Shown one piece after another: positions 24,901-38,500 of a DNA stretch of 43,721 bases. The DNA comes from Utricularia gibba (Eukaryota; Plantae; Magnoliophyta), in contig NEEC01000285.1 of NCBI GenBank assembly GCA_002189035.1, positions 1 through 43,721 of the forward strand, in the 5' to 3' direction. A model generated the notes under the pieces. It had not been told where the DNA came from and ran no database searches. It saw nothing but the letters and a program-made list of their open reading frames with translations. The position numbers and the translations under genes were made by a program. Positions within the stretch are counted from its first letter, which is position 1. The number at the start of each line of letters is the position of its first letter.

Positions 24901-27211
24901 GAGCTTCGAAACGGTGTGTCGTGCGCAACGTGGCTCATCACGGTTTCAAGATATCGAGAAAATACGGAATGGTGCACGAGGCCTTCATCAGGTGTGGGTT
25001 GGAACACAACCGTGGCATTGTAAGGGATCGCCTCAAAACAAAAATTTCACACCTTCCAATGAAATGCATATTTTGCAAGCGAGAAATCACATTTGCGTCG
25101 AATTGGAAGCCCCGAGTCGCATCATCGCGAACGTCGTGGCCACTTTGTGGCACAATTGAAGGCTAATATAAGGCAATAATTCGAGCTCTGATACATCGTC
25201 GGACGACGAAGCTTCAAAAACGGAAGATGACCGCTCTGGAATGAGCTTCGAAACGGTGTGTCGTGTGCAACGGCTCATCACGGTTTTCAAGATATCAAAA
25301 TACGGAATGGTGCACGAGGCCTGCATCAGGTGTGGTTGGAACACAACGTGGCATTGTAAGGGTTCGCCTCTAAACAAAAATTTCATACCTCCAATGAAAT
25401 GCATATGTTTTGAAGCGAGAAATCCATTCGCGTCGAATCGGAAGTCCGAGGTCGCATCATCGCGAACGTCGTGGCCACTTTGTGGCACAATTGAAGGCTA
25501 ATATAAGGCAATAATTCGAGCTCTGATATATTGTCGAACGACAAAGCTTCAAACGGAAGATGACCGCCTGGAATGAGCTTCGAAACGGTGTGTCGTGCGC
25601 AACGTGGCTCATCACGGTTTCAAGATATCGATAAAATACGGAATGGTGCACGAGGCCTGCATCAGGTGTGGGTTGGAACACACACGTGCATTGTAAGGGA
25701 TCGCCTCAAAAACGAAAATTTCACACCTTCCAATGAAATGCATATGTTTTGCAAGCGAGAAATCACATTTGCGTCGAATCGGAAGCCCCGAGTCGCATCA
25801 TCGCGAACGTCGTGGCCACTTTGTGGCACAATTGAAGGCTAATATAAGGCAATAATTCGAGCTCTGATACATCGTCGGACGACGAAGCTTCAAAACGGAA
25901 GATGACCGCTCTGGAATGAGCTTCGAAACGGTGTGTCGTGTGCAACAAGGCTCATCACGGTTTTCAAGATATTACAAAATACGGAATGGTGCACGAGGCC
26001 TGCATCAGGTGTGGGTTGGAACACAACCGTGGCATTGTAAGGGTCGCCTCTAAAACAAAAATTTTCACACCTTCCAATGAAATCCATATGTCTTGAATGC
26101 GAGAAAACCATTCGCGTCGAATCGGAAGTCCGAGGTCGCATCATCGCGAACGTCGTGGCCACTTTGTGGCACAATTGAAGGCATATAAGGCAATAATTCG
26201 AGCTCTGATATATTGTCGGACGACGAAGCTTCAAAAACGGAAGATGACCGCCCTGGAATGAGCTTCGAAACGGTGTGTCGTGCGCAACGTGGCTCATCAC
26301 GGTTTCAAGATATCGAAAAATACGGAATGGTGCACGAGGCCTTCATCAGGTGTGGGTTGGAACACAACCGTGGCATTGTAAGGGATCGCCTCTAAAAACG
26401 AAAATTTCACACCTTCCAATGAAATCCATATGTTTTTGAAAGCGAGAAATCCCATTCGCGTCGAATCGGAAGTCCCGAGTCGCATCATCGCGAACGTCGT
26501 GGCCACTTTGTGGCACAATTGAAGGCTAATATAAGGCAATAATTCGAGCTCTGATACATCGTCGAACGACGAAGCTTCAAAACGGAAGATGACCGCCTCG
26601 GAATGAGCTTCGAAACGGTGTGTCGTGCGCAACGTGGCTCATCACGGTTTTCAAGATATCGACAAAATACGGAATGGTGCACGAGGCCTGCATCAGGTGT
26701 GGGTTGGAACACAACCGTGGCATTGTAAGGGATCGCCTAAAACGAAAATTTCACACCTTCCAATGAAATCCATATGTCTTGAAGCGAGAAATCCCATTCG
26801 CGTCGAATCGGAAGTCCGAGGTCGCATCATCGCGAACGTCGTGGCCACTTTGTGGCACAATTGAAGGCTAATATAAGGCAATAATTCGAGCTCTGATATA
26901 TTGTCGGACGACGAAGCTTCAAAAACGGAAGATGACCGCCCTGGAATGAGCTTCGAAACGGTGTGTCGTGCGCAACGTGGCTCATCACGGTTTCAAGATA
27001 TCGACAAAATACGGAATGGTGCACGAGGCCTCATCAGGTGTGGGTTGGAACACAACCGTGGCATTGTAAGGGATCGCCTCAAAAACAAAATTTTTCACAC
27101 CTTCCAATGAAATCCATATGTTTGAATGCGAGAAAACCCATTCGCGTCGAATCGGAAGTCCGAGGTCGCATCATCGCGAACGTCGTGGCCACTTTTGGCA
27201 CAATTGAAGGG

Positions 27212-28586
27212 TAATATAAGGCAATAATTCGAGCTCTGATATATTGTCGGACGACGAAGCTTCAAAACGGAAGATGACCGCCCTAGAATGAGCTTCGAAA
27301 CGTGTGTCGTGCGCAACGTGGCTCATCACGGTTTCAAGATATCGATAAAATACGGAATGGTGCACGAGGCCTGCATCAGGTGTGGGTTGGAACACAACCG
27401 TGCCATTGTAAGGGATCGCCTCAAAAACAAAAATTTCACACCTTCCAATGAAATGCATATCTTTTGCAAGCGAGAAATCACATTTGCGTCGAATTGGAAG
27501 CCCCGAGTCGCATCATCGCGTACGTCGTGGCCACTTTGTGGCACAATTGAAGGCTAATATAAGGCAATAATTCGATCTCTGATACATCGTCGGACGACGA
27601 AGCTTCAAAACGGAAGATGACCGCTCTGGAATGAGCTTCGAAACGGTGTGTCGTGTGCAACAAGGCTCATCACGGTTTTCAAGATATTTACAAAATACGG
27701 AATGGTGCACGAGGCCTTCATCAGGTGTGGGTTGGAACACAACCGTGGCATTGTAAGGTTCGCCTCTAAAACAAAAATTTCATACCTTCCAATGAAATCC
27801 ATATGTCTTGAATGCGAGAAAACCCATTCGCGTCGAATCGGAAGTCCGAGGTCGCATCATCGCGAACGTCGTGGCCACTTTTTGGCACAATTGAAGGGTA
27901 ATATAAGGCAATAATTCCAGCTCTGATATATTGTCGGACGACGAAGCTTCCAAAACGGAAGATGACCGCCCTGGAATGAGCTTCGAAACGGTGTGTCGTG
28001 TGCAACGTGGCTCATCACGGTTTCAAGATATCGATAAAATACGGAATGGTGCACGAGGCCTGCATCAGGTGTGGGTGGAACACAACCGTGCATTGTAAGG
28101 ATCGCCTCAAAAACAAAAATTTCACACCTTCCAATGAAATGCATATCTTTTGCAAGCGAGAAATCACATTTGCGTCGAATTGGAAGCCCCGAGTCGCATC
28201 ATCGCGTACGTCGTGGCCACTTTGTGGCACAATTGAAGGCTAATATAAGGCAATAATTCGATCTCTGATACATCGTCGGACGACGAAGCTTCAAAAACGG
28301 AAGATGACCGCTCTGGAATGAGCTTCGAAACGGTGTGTGTGTGTCGTGTGCAACGGCTCATCACGGTTTTCAAGATATTTACAAAATACGGAATGGTGCA
28401 CGAGGCCTGCATCAGGTGTGGGTTGGAACACACCGTGGCATTGTAAGGGTTGCCTCTAAAACAAAAATTTCATACCTTCCAATGAAATGCATATGTTTTG
28501 AAAGCGAGAAATCCAATTCGCGTCGAATCGAAGTCCGAGGTCGCATCATCGCGAACGTCGTGGCCACTTTTGGCACAATTGAAGGG
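27212..28586. repeat. Local duplicated dimer, 2 x ~687 bp (27212-27898, 27899-28586)
   Basis: Both copies carry the uncommon markers ATGCATATCTTTT and CGCGTACG in the first monomer, and ATATTTAC and CATACC in the second, with TTCGATCTC at the junction. Confidence 0.75.
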
Positions 28587-28715
28587 TAATATAAGGAGCT
28601 CGTCGGACAATGCTTTTACAATGATTGAAAGCGAGAAATCCCATTCGCGTCGAATCGGAAGTCCCGAGTCGCATCATCGCGAACGTCGTGGCCACTTTGT
28701 GGCACAATTGAAGGC
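28587..28715. repeat. Truncated monomer (129 bp) lacking ~200 bp of the monomer middle
   Basis: TAATATAAGG-AGCTC-GTCGGACAATGCTTTTACAATGA-TTGAAAGCGAGAAATC: the sequence jumps from about monomer position 45-50 to about position 252. The next anchor is at 28716. Confidence 0.85.
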
Positions 28716-29404
28716 TAATATAAGGCAATAATTCGAGCTCTGATACATCGTCGAACGACAAAGCTTGCAAAACGGAAGATGACCGCCTCGGAATGAGCTT
28801 CGAAACGGTGTGTGATGCGCAACGCGGCTCATCACGTTTTTAAGGATATCGACAAAATACGGAATGGTGCACGGGGCCTTCATCAGGTGTGGGTTGGAAC
28901 ACACCCATGGCATTGTGAAGGATCGCCACTAAAACGAAAATTTCACACCTTCCAATGAAATCCATATGTCTTGAAGCGAGAAATCCCATTCGCGTCGAAT
29001 CGGAAGTCCGAGGTCGCATCATCGCGAACGTCGTGGCCACTTTGTGGCACAATTGAAGGTAATATAAGGCAATAATTCGAGCTCTGATATATTGTCGGAC
29101 GACGAAGCTTCCAAAACGGAAGATGACGCCCTAGAATGAGCTTCGAAACGGTGTGTCGTGCGAAACGTGGCTCATCACGGTTTTCAAGATATCGACAAAA
29201 ATACGGAATGGTGCACGAGGCCTTCATCAGGTGTGGGTTGGAACACAACCGTGGCATTGTAAGGGATCGCCTCTAAAACGAAAATTTCACACCTTCCAAT
29301 GAAATGCATATGTTTTGAAAGTGTGAAATCCAATTCGCGTCGAATCGGAAGTCCGAGGTCGCATCATCGCGAACGTCGTGGCCACTTTTTGCACAATTGA
29401 AGGG

Positions 29405-29552
29405 TAATATAAGGCAATAATTCCAGCTCTGATATATTGTCGGACAATGAAGCTTTTTGAGCTTTGAAAGCGAGAAATCCCATTCGCGTCGAATCGGAAG
29501 TCCGAGTCGCATCATCGCGAACGTCGTGGCCACTTTGTGCACAATTGAAGGC
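29405..29552. repeat. Truncated monomer (148 bp) lacking ~200 bp of the monomer middle
   Basis: ...GTCGGACAATGAAGCTTTTTGAGCT-TTGAAAGCGAGAAATC...: the same deletion interval as 28587-28715. The next anchor is at 29553. Confidence 0.88.
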
Positions 29553-32500
29553 TAATATAAGGCAATAATTCGAGCTCTGATACATCGTCGAACGACAAAG
29601 CTTGCAAAACGGAAGATGACCGCCTCGGAATGAGCTTCGAAACGGGTGTGTCATGCGCAACGCGGCTCATCACGCTTTTAAGATATCGACAAAATACGGA
29701 ATGGTGCACGGGGCCTTCATCAGGTGTGGGTTGGAACACACCATGGCATTGTGAAGGATCGCCACTAAAACGAAAATTTCACACCTTCCAATGAAATCCA
29801 TATGTCTTGAATGCGAGAAAACCCATTCGCGTCGAATCGGAAGTCCGAGCATCATCGCGAACGTCGTGGCCACTTTGTGGCACAATTGAAGGGTTATATA
29901 AGGAAATAATTCGAGCTCTGATATATTGTCGGACGACGAAGCTTCAAAAACGGAAGATGACCGCCCTGGAATGAGCTTCGAAACGGTGTGTCGTGCGCAA
30001 CGTGGCTCATCACGGTATTCAAGATATCGAGAAAATACGGAATGGTGCACGAGGCCTTCATCAGGTGTGGGTTGGAACACAACCGTGGCATTGTAAGGGA
30101 TCGCCTCAAAAACGAAAATTTCACACCTTCCAATGAAATGCATATGTTTTGAAAGCGAGAAATCCATTCGCGTCGAATCGGAAGTCCGAGGTCGCATCAT
30201 CGCGAACGTCGTGGCCACTTTGTGGCACAATTGAAGGCTAATATAAGGCAATAATTCGAGCTCTGATACATCGTCGGACGACGAAGCTTCCAAAACGGAA
30301 GATGACGCCCTGGAATGAGCTTTAAACGGTGTGTCGTACGCAACGTGGCTCATCACGGTTTTCAAGATATCGATAAAATACGGAATGGTGCACGAGGCCT
30401 GCATCAGGTGTGGGTTGGAACACAATCGTGCATTGTAAGGGATCGCCTCAAAAACAAAATTTCACACCTTCCAATGAAATGCATATTTTGCAAGCGAGAA
30501 ATCCATTTGCGTCGAATTGGAAGCCCGAGTCGCATCATCGCGAACGTCGTGGCCACTTTGTGGCACAATTGAAGGCTAATATAAGGCAATAATTCGAGCT
30601 CTGATACATCGTCGGACGACGAAGCTTCAAAAACGGAAGATGACCGCTCTGGAATGAGCTTCGAAACGGTGTGTCGTGCGCAACAAGGCTCATCACGGTT
30701 TTCAAGATATTTACAAAATACGGAATGGTGCACGAGGCCTGCATCAGGTGTGGGTTGGAACACAACCGTGGCATTGTAAGGGTTCGCCTCTTAAAACAAA
30801 AATTTCATACCTTCCAATGAAATCCATATGTCTTGAAGCGAGAAAACCCATTCGCGTCGAATCGGAAGTCCGAGGTCGCATCATCGCGAACGTCGTGGCC
30901 ACTTTGTGGCACAATTGAAGGCTAATATAAGGCAATAATTCGAGCTCTGATATATTGTCGACGACGAAGCTTCAAAAACGGAAGATGACCGCCTCGGAAT
31001 GAGCTTCGAAACGGTGTGTCGTGTGCAACGTGGCTCATCACGGTTTTCAAGATATTTACAAAATACGGAATGGTGCACGAGGCCTGCATCAGGTGTGGGT
31101 TGGAACACACCGTGGCATTGTAAGGGTTCGCCTCTAAAACAAAAATTTCATACCTTCCAATGAAATCCATATGTCTTGAATGCGAGAAAACCCATTCGCG
31201 TCGAATCGGAAGTCCGAGTCGCATCATCGCGAACGTCGTGGCCACTTTGTGGCACAATTGAAGGCTAATATAAGGCAATAATTCGAGCTCTGATACATCG
31301 TCGGACGACGAAGCTTCAAAACGGAAGATGACCGCCCTGGAATGAGCTTCGAAACGGTGTGTCGTGCGCAACGTGGCTCATCACGGTTTTCAAGATATCG
31401 AAAAATACGGAATGGTGCACGAGGCCTGCATCAGGTGTGGGTTGGAACACAACCGTGGCATTGTAAGGATCGCCTCAAAAACGAAAATTTCACACCTTCC
31501 AATGAAATGCATATGTTTTGAAAGCGAGAAATCCATTCGCGTCGAATCGGAAGTCCGAGGTCGCATCATCGCGAACGTCGTGGCCACTTTTGGCACAATT
31601 GAAGGCTAATATAAGGCAATAATTCGAGCTCTGATACATCGTCGGACGATGAAGCTTCCAAAACGGAAGATGACCGCCTAGAATGAGCTTCGAAACGTGT
31701 GTCGTTGCAACGTGGCTCATCACGGTTTCAAGATATCGATAAAATACGGAATGGTGCACGAGGCCTGCATCAGGTGTGGGTTGGAACACAACCGTGCATT
31801 GTAAGGGATCGCCTCAAAAACAAAAATTTCACACCTTCCAATGAAATGCATATGTTTTGCAAGCGAGAAATCACATTTGCGTCGAATTGGAAGCCCGAGT
31901 CGCATCATCGCGTACGTCGTGGCCACTTTGTGGCACAATTGAAGGCTAATATAAGGCAATAATTCGAGCTCTGATACATCGTCGGACGACGAAGCTTCAA
32001 AAACGGAAGATGACCGCTCTGGAATGAGCTTCGAAACGGTGTGTCGTGTGCAACAAGGCTCATCACGGTTTTCAAGATATTTACAAAATACGGAATGGTG
32101 CACGAGGCCTGCATCAGGTGTGGGTTGGAACACAACCGTGGCATTGTAAGGGTTCGCCTCTAAAACAAAAATTTCATACCTTCCAATGAAATCCATATGT
32201 CTTGAATGCGAGAAAACCCATTCGCGTCGAATCGGAAGTCCGAGGTCGCATCATCGCGAACGTCGTGGCCACTTTGTGGCACAATTGAAGGCTAATATAA
32301 GGCAATAATTCGAGCTCTGATACATGTCGGACGACGAAGCTTCAAAACGGAAGATGACCGCCTGGAATGAGCTTCGAAAACGGTGTGTCGTGTGCAACAA
32401 GGCTCATCACGGTTTTCAAGATATCGATAAAATACGGAATGGTGCACGAGGCCTCATCAGGTGTGGGTTGGAACACAACCGTGGCATTGTAAGGGTTCGC

Positions 32501-35500
32501 CTCTAAAACAAAAATTTCACACCTTCCAATGAAATCCATATGTCTTGAAGCGAGAAAACCCATTCGCGTCGAATCGGAAGTCCGAGGTCGCATCATCATC
32601 GAACGTCGTGGCCACTTTGTGGCACAATTGAAGGCTAATATAAGGCAATAATTCGAGCTCTGATATATTGTCGAACGACAAAGCTTGCAAAACGGAAGAT
32701 GACCGCCTCGGAATGAGCTTCGAAACGGGTGTGTCGTGTGCAACGGCTCATCACGGTTTTCAAGATATTTACAAAATACGGAATGGTGCACGAGGCCTGC
32801 ATCAGGTGTGGGTTGGAACACACGTGGCATTGTAAGGGATCGCCTCTAAAACAAAATTTCACACCTTCCAATGAAATGCATATGTTTTGCAAGCGAGAAA
32901 TCCATTTGCGTCGAATCGGAAGTCCGAGTCGCATCATCGCGAACGTCGTGGCCACTTTGTGGCACAATTGAAGGCTAATATAAGGCAATAATTCGAGCTC
33001 TGATATATGTCGGACGACGAAGCTTCAAAACGGAAGATGACCGCTCTGGAATGAGCTTCGAAACGGTGTGTCGTGTGCAACAAGGCTCATCACGGTTTTC
33101 AAGATATTTAAAATACGGAATGGTGCACGAGGCCTGCATCAGGTGTGGGTTGGAACACAACCGTGGCATTGTAAGGGATCGCCTCAAACAAAAATTTCAC
33201 ACCTTCCAATGAAATCCATATGTTTGAAGCGAGAAAACCCATTCGCGTCGAATCGAAGAAGTCCGAGGTCGCATCATCGCGAACGTCGTGGCCACTTTGT
33301 GGCACAATTGAAGGCTAATATAAGGCAATAATTCGAGCTCTGATATATTGTCGACGACGAAGCTTCCAAAACGGAAGATGACCGCCTCGGAATGAGCTTC
33401 GAAAAAAAACGGTGTGTCGTGTGCAACAAGGCTCATCACGGTTTTCAAGATATTTACAAAATACGGAATGGTGCACGAGGCCTGCATCAGGTGTGGGTTG
33501 GAACACACCGTGGCATTGTAAGGGTTCGCCTCTAAAACAAAAATTTCACACCTTCCAATGAAATCCATATGTTTGAAGCGAGAAAACCCATTCGCGTCGA
33601 ATCGGAAGTCCGAGGTCGCATCATCGCGAACGTCGTGGCCACTTTGTGGCACAATTGAAGGCTAATATAAGGCAATAATTCGAGCTCTGATACATGTCGG
33701 ACGACGAAGCTTCAAAAACGGAAGATGACCGCCCTGGAATGAGCTTCGAAACGGTGTGTCGTGCGCAACGTGGCTCATCACGGTTTTCAAGATATCGACA
33801 AAATACGGAATGGTGCACGAGGCCTTCATCAGGTGTGGGTTGGAACACAACCGTGGCATTGTAAGGGATCGCCTCAAAACAAAAATTTCACACCTTCCAA
33901 TGAAATCCATATGTTTGAAAGCGAGAAATCCATTCGCGTCGAATCGGAAGTCCGAGGTCGCATCATCGCGAACGTCGTGGCCACTTTGTGGCACAATTGA
34001 AGGCTAATATAAGGCAATAATTCGAGCTCTGATACATCGTCGGACGACGAAGCTTCCAAAACGGAAGATGACCGCCGGAATGAGCTTCGAAACGGTGTGT
34101 CGTTGCAACGTGGCTCATCACGGTTTTCAAGATATCGATAAAATACGGAATGGTGCACGAGGCCTGCATCAGGTGTGGGTTGGAACACAACCGTGCATTG
34201 TAAGGGATCGCCTCAAAAACAAAAATTTCACACCTTCCAATGAAATGCATATGTTTTGCAAGCGAGAAATCCATTTGCGTCGAATCGGAAGCCCGAGTCG
34301 CATCATCGCGTACGTCGTGGCCACTTTGTGGCACAATTGAAGGCTAATATAAGGCAATAATTCGAGCTCTGATACATCGTCGGACGACGAAGCTTCAAAA
34401 ACGGAAGATGACCGCTCTGGAATGAGCTTCGAAACGGTGTGTCGTGTGCAACAAGGCTCATCACGGTTTTCAAGATATTACAAAATACGGAATGGTGCAC
34501 GAGGCCTGCATCAGGTGTGGGTTGGAACACACCGTGGCATTGTAAGGGTTCGCCTCTAAAACAAAAATTTCATACCTTCCAATGAAATGCATATTTTGAA
34601 GCGAGAAATCACATTTGCGTCGAATTGGAAGCCCCGAGTCGCATCATCGCGAACGTCGTGGCCACTTTGTGGCACAATTGAAGGCTAATATAAGGCAATA
34701 ATTCGAGCTCTGATACATCGTCGGACGACGAAGCTTCAAAAACGGAAGATGACCGCCCTGGAATGAGCTTCGAAACGGTGTGTCGTGTGCAACGGCTCAT
34801 CACGGTTTTCAAGATATCCAAAATACGGAATGGTGCACGAGGCCTGCATCAGGTGTGGGTTGGAACACAACCGTGGCATTGTAAGGGATCGCCTCAAAAC
34901 AAAAATTTCACCTTCCAATGAAATCCATATGTTTGAAGCGAGAAATCCCATTCGCGTCGAATCGGAAGTCCGAGTCGCATCATCGCGAACGTCGTGGCCA
35001 CTTTGTGGCACAATTGAAGGCTAATATAAGGCAATAATTCGAGCTCTGATATATTGTCGACGACGAAGCTTCAAAACGGAAGATGACCGCCTCGGAATGA
35101 GCTTCGAAACGGTGTGTCAACGTGGCTCATCACGGTTTTCAAGATATCGATAAAATACGGAATGGTGCACGAGGCCTGCATCAGGTGTGGGTTGGAACAC
35201 AACCGTGGCATTTGTAAGGGATCGCCTCTAAAACAAAAATTTCACACCTTCCAATGAAATCCATATGTCTTGAAGCGAGAAAAACCCATTCGCGTCGAAT
35301 CGGAAGTCCGAGGTCGCATCATCGCGAACGTCGTGGCCACTTTGTGGCACAATTGAAGGCTAATATAAGGCAATAATTCGAGCTCTGATATATTGTCGAA
35401 CGACGAAGCTTCAAAACGGAAGATGACCGCCTCGGAATGAGCTTCGAAACGGTGTGTCGTGTGCAACAAGGCTCATCACGGTTTTCAAGATATCGAAAAA

Positions 35501-38500
35501 TACGGAATGGTGCACGAGGCCTGCATCAGGTGTGGGTTGGAACACACCGTGGCATTGTAAGGGATCGCCTCAAAACAAAAATTTCACACCTTCCAATGAA
35601 ATCCATATGTCTTGAAGCGAGAAAAACATTCGCGTCGAATCGGAAGTCCGAGGTCGCATCATCGCGAACGTCGTGGCCACTTTGTGGCACAATTGAAGGC
35701 TAATATAAGGCAATAATTCGAGCTCTGATACATCGTCGGACGACGAAGCTTCAAAAACGGAAGATGACCGCCTGGAATGAGCTTCGAAACGGTGTGTCGT
35801 GCGCAACGTGGCTCATCACGGTTTTCAAGATATCGACAAAATACGGAATGGTGCACGAGGCCTGCATCAGGTGTGGGTTGGAACACACCGTGGCATTGTA
35901 AGGGATCGCCTCAAAAACAAAAATTTCACACCTTCCAATGAAATGCATATGTTTTGAAAGCGAGAAATCCATTCGCGTCGAATCGGAAGTCCGAGGTCGC
36001 ATCATCGCGAACGTCGTGGCCACTTTTGTGGCACAATTGAAGGCTAATATAAGGCAATAATTCGAGCTCTGATACATGTCGGACGACGAAGCTTCCAAAA
36101 CGGAAGATGACCGCCTGGAATGAGCTTCGAAACGGTGTGTCGTGTGCAACGTGGCTCATCACGGTTTCAAGATATCGATAAAATACGGAATGGTGCACGA
36201 GCCTCATCAGGTGTGGGTTGGAACACAACCGTGCATTGTAAGGGATCGCCTCAAAAACAAAAATTTCACACCTTCCAATGAAATGCATATCTTTTGCAAG
36301 CGAGAGAAATCACATTTGCGTCGAATTGGAAGCCCGAGTCGCATCATCGCGTACGTCGTGGCCACTTTGTGGCACAATTGAAGGCTAATATAAGGCAATA
36401 ATTCGAGCTCTGATACATCGTCGGACGACGAAGCTTCAAAAACGGAAGATGACCGCTCTGGAATGAGCTTCGAAACGGGTGTGTCGTGTGCAACAAGGCT
36501 CATCACGGTTTTCAAGATATTTACAAAATACGGAATGGTGCACGAGGCCTGCATCAGGTGTGGGTTGGAACACAACCGTGGCATTGTAAGGGTTCGCCTC
36601 AAAACAAAAATTTCATACCTTCCAATGAAATCCATATGTTTGAAGCGAGAAAACCCATTCGCGTCGAATCGGAAGTCCGAGGTCGCATCATCGCGAACGT
36701 CGTGGCCACTTTGTGGCACAATTGAAGGCTAATATAAGGCAATAATTCGAGCTCTGATACATCGTCGGACGACGAAGCTTCAAAAACGGAAGATGACCGC
36801 TCTGGAATGAGCTTCGAAACGTGTGTCGTGTGCAACAAGGCTCATCACGGTTTTCAAGATATTTACAAAATACGGAATGGTGCACGAGGCCTGCATCAGG
36901 TGTGGGTTGGAACACCGTGGCATTGTAAGGGATCGCCTCAAAAACAAAAATTTCACACCTTCCAATGAAATCCATATGTTTGAAGCGAGAAAAACCCATT
37001 CGCGTCGAATCGGAAGTCCGAGGTCGCATCATCGCGAACGTCGTGGCCACTTTGTGGCACAATTGAAGGCTAATATAAGGCAATAATTCGAGCTCTGATA
37101 TATTGTCGGACGACGAAGCTTCAAAAACGGAAGATGACCGCCTCGGAATGAGCTTCGAAACGGTGTGTCGTGTGCAACAAGGCTCATCACGGTTTTCAAG
37201 ATATCGACAAAATACGGAATGGTGCACGAGGCCTGCATCAGGTGTGGTTGGAACACACCGTGGCATTGTAAGGGATCGCCTCAAAACAAAAATTTCACAC
37301 CTTCCAATGAAATCCATATGTTTTGAAAGCGAGAAATCCCATTCGCGTCGAATCGGAAGTCCGAGGTCGCATCATCGCGAACGTCGTGGCCACTTTTGGC
37401 ACAATTGAAGGGTAATATAAGGCAATAATTCGAGCTCTGATATATGTCGGACGCTTCAAAACGGAAGATGACCGCCCTGGAATGAGCTTCGAAACGGTGT
37501 GTCGTGCAACGTGGCTCATCACGGTTTCAAGATATCGATAAAATACGGAATGGTGCACGAGGCCTGCATCAGGTGTGGGTTGGAACACAACCGTGCATTG
37601 TAAGGGATCGCCTCAAAAACAAAAATTTCACACCTTCCAATGAAATGCATATCTTTTGCAAGCGAGAAATCACATTTGCGTCGAATTGGAAGCCCGAGTC
37701 GCATCATCGCGTACGTCGTGGCCACTTTGTGGCACAATTGAAGGCTAATATAAGGCAATAATTCGAGCTCTGATACATCGTCGGACGACGAAGCTTCAAA
37801 AACGGAAGATGACCGCTCTGGAATGAGCTTCGAAACGGTGTGTCAACGGCTCATCACGTTTTCAAGATATCGACAAAATACGGAATGGTGCACGAGGCCT
37901 GCATCAGGTGTGGGTTGGAACACACACGTGGCATTGTAAGGGATCGCCTCTAAAACAAAAATTTCACACCTTCCAATGAAATGCATGTGTTTTGCAAGCG
38001 AGAAATCCATTTGCGTCGAATCGGAAGTCCGAGTCGCATCATCGCGAACGTCGTGGCCACTTTGTGGCACAATTGAAGGCTAATATAAGGCAATAATTCG
38101 AGCTCTGATATATTGTCGGACGACGAAGCTTCAAAAACGGAAGATGACCGCCTGGAATGAGCTTCGAAACGGTGTGTCGTGCGCAACGTGGCTCATCACG
38201 GTTTTCAAGATATCGACAAAATACGGAATGGTGCACGAGGCCTGCATCAGGTGTGGGTTGGAACACAACCGTGGCATTGTAAGGGATCGCCTCAAAAACA
38301 AAAATTTCACACCTTCCAATGAAATGCATATGTTTTGAAAGCGAGAAATCCATTCGCGTCGAATCGGAAGTCCGAGGTCGCATCATCGCGAACGTCGTGG
38401 CCACTTTGTGGCACAATTGAAGGCTAATATAAGGCAATAATTCGAGCTCTGATATATGTCGGACGACGAAGCTTCCAAAACGGAAGATGACGCCCTAGAA

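Larger units (their letters stand above)
28587..30238. repeat. Local duplicated trimer (short + divergent + standard monomer), 2 x ~820-830 bp
   Basis: Unit starts at 28587, 28716, 29060 and then 29405, 29553, 29894. The monomers at 28716 and 29553 share rare markers: GCTTGCAAAA, ATGCGCAACGCGG, GCACGGG, CCATGGC, TGTGAAGG, CGCCACT. Confidence 0.8.
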
